A stretch of DNA of 64,000 nucleotides, from positions 1,472,001 through 1,536,000 of the forward strand of contig JBEPYO010000001.1 in assembly GCA_041641295.1 (NCBI GenBank), read 5' to 3'. This document shows, in pieces, positions 30,277-38,680 of this stretch. Each line of letters begins with the position of its first letter. The stretch's first letter is position 1. The DNA comes from Nitrososphaerota archaeon (GTDB lineage: Archaea > Thermoproteota > Nitrososphaeria_A > Caldarchaeales > Calditenuaceae). The position numbers and the translations under genes are program-made. The notes beneath the pieces are model-generated. The model worked only from the letters and a program-made list of their open reading frames with translations. It did not search any database and had not been told where the DNA came from.

Positions 30277-31665
30277 TTAAGATTTTCTACCACTTTTCTC
30301 GAGGTATTTCTGGAGTATGCGGAGGAATTTTTCCGCCACTTCGACGCTGTTCCTGCCGGTTATTGTTATCATAGGCTCCTTCCCCCAGTCTCCCCGGTGA
30401 AATATTATGTCGGTCACTTTGCCGGCCGACTCGTAGGCTCTTGCAACCCCCCATCTAATGGTCATACCCTCGACATATTTGATCTCAGGCGGCTCTTGGC
30501 TTCTGTCGTATGAGCTGATGGAGAATCCGAGGTCGCGGGCGACTGCGAGGATCTCCTCAGAGTATTTGATGTTCATGGCGGCCCTCTTTGATGGGTCGTA
30601 CTGGGCTATCGTCAGGACTGTGTCGGCAACATGTCTGGAGCCACCCATCCAGGGATGCGAGGCGGCCTTCAGTCTGTTGAAAATCCGCGTAATCCTTCCT
30701 GGGACAGCCACCACCTCATCTCGGCTGGTAGCGCCTAGTGGGGCCTCTGCTATGTTTATTCCGGACTCGGGCGCCAGCTCTCCAGCCCCTTCAGCATCCT
30801 CGATTATCCTTACAGCCTCGCGAACATTTGTCAACGCATCTAGAAGACTAGCTCGCTTAGCCACATATGACATGGGGTTAACCGGCCCGGCACCCTGACC
30901 TATTAGGAACCCTCCCTTAATCGCCTCATACACAAAGCTCTGAGCCTTCTTAACTGCCTCCGGTATTGTGGAGCCCTTCGCCAGCTCTGTGGCCACTGCA
31001 GACGCAAATACACAACCCGTACCATGCGTTGCTCTAGTGTCGAGTCTCGGAACCTCAAATCTATAGTATGAGCCCTCATAGTATAGTATATCAATGACTC
31101 TCTCGCCATGTAGGTGGCCGCCCTTCACAACGACAGCCGGTATCCCAAAATTATCCGCAAGCGTCTTAGCCACTAACTTCTGGTCCTCCTCCGTCATGAT
31201 TCTAATGCCGCTTAGGACTGTTGCCTCACTGGCGTTAGGTGTTATTACTGTGGAGATTGGGAGTAGGCTCTTCTTCAGCTCGTCCACGGCAGCGGATTGG
31301 AGGAGCTGGGCCCCACTCTTAGCAACCATCACTGGGTCAACGACCTTTGGCACGTCAAGCCCGCGCAGCTCCCGGCTTACCGCCCTAATTATCTCCGAGG
31401 TATGGAGCATCCCTGTCTTAACCGCGTCCACACCAATATCGCTTACACACACTCTTATCTGCTCGGCTATGAAATCGGGGTCGAGGTCAACTATCTTTGT
31501 GACCTCTTTAGTGTTTTGGGCAGTCAGGGATGTTATGGCTGACATTCCATGCCCTCCCAGAGCCGCTATGGTCTTGAGGTCTGCCTGAATCCCGGCCCCG
31601 CCCCCGGAATCGGAGCCAGCAACTGTGAGAACTCTGGGAACCCGCGAGACCATACTGTGTAACAT
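30277..31665 (-). CDS. thiDN: Bifunctional HMP/HMP-P kinase + thiamine-phosphate synthase ThiN
   Basis: AGSDSGGGAGIQADLKT, KTGML, DPVM, TPN, KGGH, HGTGC; C-terminal PE..INI, GRI, GGSRHVA, AAMNIKY, GDWGKEPMI. Confidence 0.95.
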   Translation of the reverse strand: MLHSMVSRVPRVLTVAGSDSGGGAGIQADLKTIAALGGHGMSAITSLTAQNTKEVTKIVDLDPDFIAEQIRVCVSDIGVDAVKTGMLHTSEIIRAVSRELRGLDVPKVVDPVMVAKSGAQLLQSAAVDELKKSLLPISTVITPNASEATVLSGIRIMTEEDQKLVAKTLADNFGIPAVVVKGGHLHGERVIDILYYEGSYYRFEVPRLDTRATHGTGCVFASAVATELAKGSTIPEAVKKAQSFVYEAIKGGFLIGQGAGPVNPMSYVAKRASLLDALTNVREAVRIIEDAEGAGELAPESGINIAEAPLGATSRDEVVAVPGRITRIFNRLKAASHPWMGGSRHVADTVLTIAQYDPSKRAAMNIKYSEEILAVARDLGFSISSYDRSQEPPEIKYVEGMTIRWGVARAYESAGKVTDIIFHRGDWGKEPMITITGRNSVEVAEKFLRILQKYLEKSGRKS

Positions 31666-31668
31666 ACT

Positions 31669-32220
31669 CTACCCCATTCTTATAACTATGTCAGATACCT
31701 GCAGCAGCTGTTCGACAAAACTCTTCTCCCTCACAGATATGCCAGTGCCCTTATCATCTGCGAGCCTAGAGCCGTAGTAGGCTGTGACCAGCCACGCCCT
31801 CGCGAGGGACATGGCAGAGAATAGCTGCGCCGGCTCTCCTGCGTGAATGTAGATGGTTACATCGTTTATAGCTAGGATAGGTGTGGGGTTCTTGCTGTAC
31901 TCCTCTAGGAGTGGCCTTATCGACTCTTCGTTTGCCTTAGCCAGCCTACTCACGTCCTCCGCGTCTCTTCCAATGAGCCTCGGGGGCCTTATCTCCCAGC
32001 TGGTCAGATACTTTACTCCGTCCGGCAGCTCACCGACCTCCACCAGCTTCCCCCCAACACCCCAGGAGAGGCCCGGCGCCATGTCGAGAACTGTCACCTC
32101 ACCGCCTAAGCCGGCGTCTGAAAGCATCCACAAAAGCCTGTAGAGTAGTCTTGTCTTTCCAGTCCTAACCTCGCCGAAAATGGTGGTGTGGCTCTCAGCC
32201 AGTGTCTCGGGGGTAAGCAT
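31669..32220 (-). CDS. Small P-loop NTPase of unknown function
   Basis: Walker A GEVRTGKT, VTVLD, Walker B-like ILAIND; lies between thiW and thiDN. Confidence 0.75.
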   Translation of the reverse strand: MLTPETLAESHTTIFGEVRTGKTRLLYRLLWMLSDAGLGGEVTVLDMAPGLSWGVGGKLVEVGELPDGVKYLTSWEIRPPRLIGRDAEDVSRLAKANEESIRPLLEEYSKNPTPILAINDVTIYIHAGEPAQLFSAMSLARAWLVTAYYGSRLADDKGTGISVREKSFVEQLLQVSDIVIRMG

Positions 32221-32240
32221 CTCCTCGGAGCATGCCTTTC

Positions 32241-32798
32241 CTACTCAAATAGTTGGGGCATGACCTTGTTGAGAGCTAGTAGGACTAGGTAGCCTGCGAT
32301 GGAGCCGGGTATTGAGCTGGCAGCCCATCCGGACCAGAAGATTAGGAGGGCTAACAGGTATTCGTTGCGGGCAAGTAGCGTTGTGATTCCTGGAGAGAGG
32401 GGGAAGAACTGTGGGAGGAAGGGTGAGAGCAGCAGCAGCGATACAGTGCCGCCTATCAGGACTGTCCCTATGGGCTCGGCGAAGGCGCAGAGAAACCTGG
32501 CCTTGGGGCTTGCAAATCGCCTTGTCAGCTTGTAGAAGAGGCCGACTAGTACGACGCCGGGGAGCCCTCCCGGATATGCAAAGAGTGTGCCCACACCCAG
32601 GCCTATCCTCAGCGAGCCTACAATCAGGGGGACGGCCAGGCCCCAGAGTGGCCCAACCATCACGCCGGCTAGAACATTCCCGAAATGCTGCATGGGCGCG
32701 GCCCGCGTCCCAAAGAATGGGAACCATATGTAGAGTGAAGATATTAGGGTGATGGCAGAGATTGCGACGACATAGGAGATTCTACGGGTTGTCTTCAA
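32241..32798 (-). CDS. thiW: ECF transporter S component, thiazole-specific (ThiW)
   Basis: PMQHFGNVLAGV..GP, LR..LG.GTLFAYPG, EPIGT..IG, SSIPGS..G; GGAGGTG RBS. Confidence 0.9.
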   Translation of the reverse strand: MKTTRRISYVVAISAITLISSLYIWFPFFGTRAAPMQHFGNVLAGVMVGPLWGLAVPLIVGSLRIGLGVGTLFAYPGGLPGVVLVGLFYKLTRRFASPKARFLCAFAEPIGTVLIGGTVSLLLLSPFLPQFFPLSPGITTLLARNEYLLALLIFWSGWAASSIPGSIAGYLVLLALNKVMPQLFE

Positions 32799-32819
32799 GA
32801 CAGCCCAAACACCTCCGCG

Positions 32820-33212
32820 CTACTTTAAGCCCCAGCTAATCTTCTTTACAGGCTTCACCCTTATCAGGGCCACCTCTCCCTCATCCCACGGATCACGTCT
32901 CGCCCAGGCGAATTTCTTGAAGAAGGCTTCCGAAATCTGTTTAAACTCTTCGCCATGCGTAATTATCTCCGCCTCGCCGCGGATGAGGACGGCCTTGTTG
33001 GGCTGGTACTGGTCGACTAGGACTGCAACCCTCTTGTCATTCTTAATGTTTCTAACCTTAGCCGTGTCCAAGTCTGAGACAATGTAGAAGAACCCGTCCC
33101 TGAAAATGTAGCACACTGGCACTAGATGCGGTGATCCGTCCCTATCCAGTGTGGCTAGGCGGCATAGCTCATTCCTCTCGAGAAATCGAACCTCACTATC
33201 CCTAAACCTCAA
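32820..33212 (-). CDS. Pyridoxamine 5'-phosphate oxidase-like (PPOX/F420-FMN split barrel) protein
   Basis: RLAT...DGSPHLVPV, KVRNI..DKRVAVLVD, V.IRG.A. Confidence 0.85.
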   Translation of the reverse strand: MRFRDSEVRFLERNELCRLATLDRDGSPHLVPVCYIFRDGFFYIVSDLDTAKVRNIKNDKRVAVLVDQYQPNKAVLIRGEAEIITHGEEFKQISEAFFKKFAWARRDPWDEGEVALIRVKPVKKISWGLK

Positions 33213-33317
33213 GGCACGTCCCTACCATGTCTCACAGGTGGATATAACCGTTAGCCGGTTTGGAGAGCAATGGCAGACTTATATCACTCTGGCTATATTT
33301 GCTTCATAGTTCGGGAG

Positions 33318-34556
33318 ATGGAAGCAGCATCTAGATCGCCTTACAGGATTAGGGAAGACTTCCCCATTTTCTCCAAAATCAGGGGCCCCAGACCCCTAGT
33401 CTATCTGGATAACGCTGCCACAACCCAGAAGCCTAGGCGAGTGTTAAACGCCATGGTGCTATACTATGCCAATACTAACGCGAATGTCCATAGGGGCGTC
33501 TACGGCATCTCGATAGAAGCTACCGAGCTCTATGAGAGTGTGAGGAGGAAGATAGCAAACTTCGTGGATGCGAACAGCTGGCGCGAGGTCGTCTTTACCA
33601 GAAACACTACTGAGGCGATAAACCTGGTCGCCTACTCCTACGCACTACACAAGATCAAGAGAGGAGGCAAGATAGTCATCACTGAGATGGAGCATCACAG
33701 CAATATAGTCCCGTGGCAGCTCATCGCGAGAATAAAAGACCTCAGAATTGAGGCGATACCGATCACGATGGACGGCTACCTTGACCTAAGCTCCCTCGAC
33801 AAATTCCTGAAGGATGCAGACATGCTTGCCATAGTCCACGCATCAAACGTCCTCGGAACAATCAACCCCGTCAAAGAGATTACAAAGGCTGCAAAGGAGT
33901 ACGGTGCAACAGTGCTAATTGACGCGGCCCAGAGCGTCCCCCACATGCCTGTCAGCTTCAGGGAGATTGGATGCGACTTCCTAGCCTTCTCAGGCCACAA
34001 GATGTTGGGGCCTATGGGAGTAGGCTGCCTAATAGCGCGTGAAGAAATGCTCGAGTCCATGGAGCCCTTCATGGGTGGTGGCGAGATGATCCGCGAAGTA
34101 ACTCTGAGCGGCTCGAGCTGGAATGAGGTTCCTTGGAAATTCGAGGCAGGCACTCCTAGCGTAGGTGACGTAGTGGGTCTAGGGGCGGCCGTCGAATATC
34201 TTCAGGAGATAGGACTCGAGTGGGTGAGGAAGCATGAGGAGGAGCTGACGGAGACAGCCCTCCAAGAGTTCTCCGAGATTCCACGGCTCAGAATCGTTGG
34301 GCCGGAGTCAGTGAAGGACCGCTGCGGCCTCGTCTCCTTCCTACTAAGCGATATCCACCCCCATGACCTGGCAGAGTACCTGGACAGGGAGTTCAATATA
34401 GCCGTCAGGGCAGGGCACCACTGCGCCATGCCACTCCACACAAAGCTAGGCCTAACAGCAACCACGCGGGCCAGCTTCTACATCTACAACACGAAAGAGG
34501 AGGTCCAGCTCCTAGCAGAGGGCCTAAAGCAGGCCCTGAAACACTTCAAAGCCTAA
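33318..34556 (+). CDS. sufS: Cysteine desulfurase, SufS type
   Basis: IREDFP, YLDNAATTQKP, NVHRG, EHHSN..PW, DAAQS, SGHKMLGP, FEAGTP, VRAGHHCA; ATG 33318 preferred over 33270. Confidence 0.95.
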   Translation: MEAASRSPYRIREDFPIFSKIRGPRPLVYLDNAATTQKPRRVLNAMVLYYANTNANVHRGVYGISIEATELYESVRRKIANFVDANSWREVVFTRNTTEAINLVAYSYALHKIKRGGKIVITEMEHHSNIVPWQLIARIKDLRIEAIPITMDGYLDLSSLDKFLKDADMLAIVHASNVLGTINPVKEITKAAKEYGATVLIDAAQSVPHMPVSFREIGCDFLAFSGHKMLGPMGVGCLIAREEMLESMEPFMGGGEMIREVTLSGSSWNEVPWKFEAGTPSVGDVVGLGAAVEYLQEIGLEWVRKHEEELTETALQEFSEIPRLRIVGPESVKDRCGLVSFLLSDIHPHDLAEYLDREFNIAVRAGHHCAMPLHTKLGLTATTRASFYIYNTKEEVQLLAEGLKQALKHFKA

Positions 34557-35056
34557 ATGTCTACAGTAAACATGGTCGTCGTGGAGTTCATGTTTATCTC
34601 CGTGAGAAGCCACAGCTTCCTGAAATAAGAGTTGAAGAAATCGCTTCGAGCATCCTCACTCACACCCACAATCACATCATATATGCCAAATATCTCGTAC
34701 GCCTCAGTAACATACTCGATTCCCTGCAGAAACCTGTCCCAGAGCCTCGGAGCCGCCGGCCTCCTAATCTTAATGAAAGTGTAGGCGCACTTCTTCTTAG
34801 GCTTGTCAAGCTGCCTCTCAAAGTTGAGCCCCGCCTCGTTAACGATTAGCGTATTCGTGTCGACTATGCCGTTCTGGTAAAGGGTGTCGAGAACCGAGTT
34901 TATCTGCTCCAGATTATTTACCCTCACCTTAGCGATGATGTCGGCCGTCCCGAATATGAGGTAGGCCTCTTCAACGAACTGGGCCCTCCTCGTAGCCTGG
35001 AGACACTCAATAAGCTCACTCCTCTTACCGACAGACCCCAGGATGAAAGCTTTCAC
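34553..35056 (-). CDS. Tandem Lrp/AsnC ligand-binding (RAM) domain protein without HTH
   Basis: Two repeats: KAFIL...VEEAYLIFGTADIIAKV...TNTLIV and AYTFIK...VTEAYEIFGIYDVIV...TTTMF. Confidence 0.8.
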   Translation of the reverse strand: MKAFILGSVGKRSELIECLQATRRAQFVEEAYLIFGTADIIAKVRVNNLEQINSVLDTLYQNGIVDTNTLIVNEAGLNFERQLDKPKKKCAYTFIKIRRPAAPRLWDRFLQGIEYVTEAYEIFGIYDVIVGVSEDARSDFFNSYFRKLWLLTEINMNSTTTMFTVDI

Positions 35057-35092
35057 GTTCTATAGAGGCGGCCGCGGATGCTTTTAAGCGTT

Positions 35093-35464
35093 TCAATCAC
35101 AGATATGGCAGGAATTAACGTCCAGCACGGGTTCAAGGGTTTTATGGGCGAGGCAGAGGACACGCTCCCTCCTAAGCCTCTCAAGCCCCTTCTGGATAAG
35201 CTCCCTAACAACCATATCGTCTTCACCACGAAGGATCGCACCGGCAATCTCCCCGGCCACCTCCTGCATAACCCCGTTCTCCAAAAGCTCCCGCATCTTA
35301 CCCCGCGCCATCCGCAAATAATTGCTAACAGCGGGCTGGGTTATCCCCAAGGCCTGGGCCACCCGCCTCTGCTGAAAGCCATGATCCCTAACAAGCAGTG
35401 TAACTACAGCGGCCCTCAGCAGGGGGAGCATCACCCTCGCCTCTATCTCGGATGGGAGCAGCAT
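35093..35464 (-). CDS. XRE-type HTH transcriptional regulator (COG2522-like) with C-terminal Cys/His motif
   Basis: PSEIE...LP.LRA, Q..VAQALGITQPAVSNYL, C..H...C..C (CLAH...CHIC). Confidence 0.85.
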   Translation of the reverse strand: MLLPSEIEARVMLPLLRAAVVTLLVRDHGFQQRRVAQALGITQPAVSNYLRMARGKMRELLENGVMQEVAGEIAGAILRGEDDMVVRELIQKGLERLRRERVLCLAHKTLEPVLDVNSCHICD

Positions 35465-35527
35465 ATTCCCCAGACCCCTTTTTTTATACCCTGAAATCTT
35501 ATCTTTAACGCCTGTATTTATGATTTG

Positions 35528-35546
35528 TCAAACTAAACTAGTTTGA
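35528..35546. promoter_or_regulatory. Perfect inverted repeat TCAAACTA-aac-TAGTTTGA in the divergent regulator/tes intergenic region; candidate operator
   Basis: 8-bp arms and 3-nt spacer read directly; lies between the two presumed TATA boxes (~35483 and ~35590). Confidence 0.5.
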
Positions 35547-35626
35547 GCACAATTCTACCTTTGTTACAGTGAATTTGGTCGGATAAGTCTTAAATAGGCC
35601 AGACATGCGAAGCGAGTTGAAGATAC

Positions 35627-37318
35627 ATGGCGACAATAATACAGGAGAAAACAAAAGAGGAGTCAAAGCCGGTAGAAAAGCTGGTCACCCGGACAAGAAG
35701 CATCTGCCCAGAGTGCTACCAGGTCCTCCCCGCAGACGTCCTAGAGATCAACGGCAAGATATACATCAAGAAGACCTGCCCCAAGCACGGGGAATTCGAC
35801 GAGCTATACTTCGGCGACGCCGAGATGTATTACAAGTTCGCGAGGTGGCTAAAGGACGGAAAAGGTACTGGAAACCCGGACGTAGAGGCGGCCCGCAGCG
35901 TCTGCCCCTACAACTGCGGCCTATGCAGCTCACACCTAAGCCACACAGGCCTAGCCAACCTAGTCATAACCAATAGATGCGACCTACACTGCTGGTACTG
36001 CTTCTTCTACGCCGAAAAGGCAGGCTACATCTACGAGCCCACACTCGACCAGATTAGAGAGATGGCCCTAAACCTCAGGGCCGAGAGACCAGTCCCCGGC
36101 AACAGCATCCAGATAACAGGCGGCGAGCCAACACTCAGAGACGACCTCCCCGAAATCATAAGAATCCTCAAAGAAGTAGGCGTAGACCACATCCAGCTCA
36201 ACACAAACGGAATAAGACTCTCGCGCGACTTCGAGTACTTCAAGAAGATAAAAGAAGCCGGGGTCAGCAACCTCTACATGAGCTTCGACGGCGTCACGCC
36301 TAGGACAAACCCGAAGAACCACTGGGAAGTCCCAGGCGTCCTAGAAAACGCCAGAAAACTCGGCGTCGGAATAGTCCTAGTCCCAACAGTCATCAAGAGC
36401 GTAAACGACCACGAACTCGGCGACATCATCAGATTCGGATTCAAAAACATCGACGTCGTAAGAGCAGTCAACTTCCAGCCAGTCTCACTCACAGGCAGAA
36501 TGCCCAAGAAAGAGAGAGAAAAATACCGCATCACAATACCAGACTGCATCATCAGGATCGAGGAACAGACAAATGGTGAAATCCCGCGAGACGCATGGTT
36601 CCCAGTACCAGCCTGCACACCCCTAACAAACTTCATAGAAGCCCTAACACGCACACCAAAATACGAGCTAAGCATACACTTCGCATGCGGAGCCGGAACC
36701 TACGTATTCAAAGACGGAGACAAAATGAAACCAATAACAGAATTCGTAGACGTAGAAGGTCTCATCAAATACCTACAGGAAAAAGCAGAAGAAATAGAAA
36801 TGGGCAGAAGCAGAGTCTGGGTAGGAATGAAAGTACTAGCAAACATATCAAAATACATCAGGAAAGAAAAAGAACCCGCGGGAATGAACCTCTCCAGAAT
36901 GCTATTCAACATCATAGTACGACACGACTACTCAAGCGTCGGAGAATGGCACAAAAAATCACTCTTCCTAGGAATGATGCACTTCATGGACCCCTATAAT
37001 CATGATGAAGAGAGGTTGAGGCGTTGTGACATCCACTATCTGACGCCGGATATGAGGATTGTGCCGTTCTGCTCCTTTAACGTTGTGCCCGCGTGGTACA
37101 GGGACAGGATCCAGGCGGTCTACGGCATCTCGATCGAGGAATGGGAGAAGCGGACTGGGAGAAAGCTGGCAGATGACTTTTACAAGCGTAAGCTCCCGGC
37201 AAAGCAGGCGGCGGTGCCCACGGCCTCGACTAAGACCGCTGGCTTCGGAGGCCTAGAATCGGTTCCGGTTATCCAGGGCTGCTCAGGGAAAGAGGATAAC
37301 TGCTGCTGCGGCCAGTAG
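35627..37318 (+). CDS. tes: Tetraether lipid synthase (GDGT-MAS, MJ0619-type radical SAM)
   Basis: TRSICPEC...KTCPKHG, CPYNCGLC..H, radical SAM CDLHCWYC, TGGEP, NTNG, NFQP, HFACG, RCDIHY...PFC. Confidence 0.88.
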   Translation: MATIIQEKTKEESKPVEKLVTRTRSICPECYQVLPADVLEINGKIYIKKTCPKHGEFDELYFGDAEMYYKFARWLKDGKGTGNPDVEAARSVCPYNCGLCSSHLSHTGLANLVITNRCDLHCWYCFFYAEKAGYIYEPTLDQIREMALNLRAERPVPGNSIQITGGEPTLRDDLPEIIRILKEVGVDHIQLNTNGIRLSRDFEYFKKIKEAGVSNLYMSFDGVTPRTNPKNHWEVPGVLENARKLGVGIVLVPTVIKSVNDHELGDIIRFGFKNIDVVRAVNFQPVSLTGRMPKKEREKYRITIPDCIIRIEEQTNGEIPRDAWFPVPACTPLTNFIEALTRTPKYELSIHFACGAGTYVFKDGDKMKPITEFVDVEGLIKYLQEKAEEIEMGRSRVWVGMKVLANISKYIRKEKEPAGMNLSRMLFNIIVRHDYSSVGEWHKKSLFLGMMHFMDPYNHDEERLRRCDIHYLTPDMRIVPFCSFNVVPAWYRDRIQAVYGISIEEWEKRTGRKLADDFYKRKLPAKQAAVPTASTKTAGFGGLESVPVIQGCSGKEDNCCCGQ

Positions 37319-37472
37319 ACTGTACTTTTTCAAAATTTTTAGACTAGGTTAAGCAATTATGTATTTGACCGCATTTTTATTGCTATCACTCTATTATCTT
37401 TACGAACAAGGTGGTTAAAAGCTCCCAAGCCGAGAAGATTTAAATAATTTAGGCAACTACATCTGCTAACTA

Positions 37473-38264
37473 GTGGATATGCCAGAGGATAGGGATGATG
37501 ATAGGATTCTTAGAGTTTTGAAGAAACTGGAAGAAGCTAGGAGGTTGGGCTTGATAGATGAGGAGTTTTATAGGGAGAGGAGGAGAGCTCTGCTATCGAA
37601 GTATTTAGAACTCGCTGAGGAGGAGTTAGGTGGAGATGTGCAGAGGAGCCAGGAACATGGACGGGCTGGCGGGAATAGGAAATGGCTCATCGTATCTATA
37701 ATTGCAGGTCTATTCGCCGTTGGTATTGTGTCCGCATTGTTTGTTCCTACTTTAATAAGACCCCAAACCCACACTACCACGATTTTCGTACAGGAAGTAT
37801 TCACCAAGACAGTAACTAACACACTGATTTATCCTCAGCCATATCAATATACTCAACCTTACCAGTACCTACCAGCAGAAGGTGCAATAGAGAATATAAT
37901 CTATTCCGGATCAGTACATATTGATAGGCAGTGCCGAGTACACCAATTTCCAATAAATGCCAAGAAGGGTGATGTTATAAGGGTCTACTGGGAATCAAAT
38001 GATGATGCCACATATATCGCGATCGGGACTGATGCGGACTATGAGAAAAATGTTCGCGGCTCTTACTGTGAAACTATAATTTCTCTATGGATGTGGAGTT
38101 GGCCTGCAGCAAGCTATGGCTATTCAGGATCGTTAGAATTTACAGTTCCCTCCTCGGGATCTTGGTATGTCTATGTCGCTAACGGGAACTGGGGTTGCAT
38201 ATTATCCAGCTGTCCAATAACTGTTACAAAACTTGAGATCAGACATGTACAGCGAGGAGTATAA
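37473..38264 (+). CDS. Membrane protein: N-terminal SHOCT-like helix pair, single TM, Thr/Pro/Gln/Tyr linker, exported beta-domain
   Basis: LKKLEEARRLGLIDEEFYRERRRALL, TM WLIVSIIAGLFAVGIVSALFV, QPYQYTQPYQY, FTVPSSGSWYVYVAN. Confidence 0.7.
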   Translation: MDMPEDRDDDRILRVLKKLEEARRLGLIDEEFYRERRRALLSKYLELAEEELGGDVQRSQEHGRAGGNRKWLIVSIIAGLFAVGIVSALFVPTLIRPQTHTTTIFVQEVFTKTVTNTLIYPQPYQYTQPYQYLPAEGAIENIIYSGSVHIDRQCRVHQFPINAKKGDVIRVYWESNDDATYIAIGTDADYEKNVRGSYCETIISLWMWSWPAASYGYSGSLEFTVPSSGSWYVYVANGNWGCILSSCPITVTKLEIRHVQRGV

Positions 38265-38680
38265 ACACAATGTATTTCATCGCCTCAAGGAAGGCTAGCT
38301 GAAATAATGAAAACGTGAGTACACGCATATAGTCTTCATAATTGTTCACAAATCTTGCATTTTCCTTTTATCGGTAATCTATCTTTAAGTCTCTTAATTA
38401 TATGTGTATCCAATTCTACAAGTAGGTGATTTTCTTTTTGGGTAGTGTTTGATGCTGAGAATCAAATTCTTTAGGTGTAGAATTAAGCTCTTTGGAATTA
38501 TCAAATTAGTTATGTATTCTTTTGCAGACTTCATTTTATCTATTCTGCCCAATTAGTAGGAAACTTGTCGATAGGAATGTCACATTCCTTGGACAAGGAG
38601 GCAGGTAAAACTATACAGAAGAGCCTCACATCTTCGACTAGCGGAGTTATACTTGTTTCTAATAAAGGGGAAGTTAATTG

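Noticed and set aside
32799-33317. TPP riboswitch upstream of thiW/thiDN
   Set aside because: Only ~20 nt precede thiW, and no CUGAGA/ACCUG core is seen upstream of the PPOX gene
35078-35494. 138-aa plus-strand ORF
   Set aside because: Antisense to the well-supported HTH regulator; no recognisable motifs
36595-36999. Arg/Asn/His-rich alternative-frame ORFs within tes (also 35605-35976)
   Set aside because: By-product of T depletion at third codon positions, which removes stops in shifted frames
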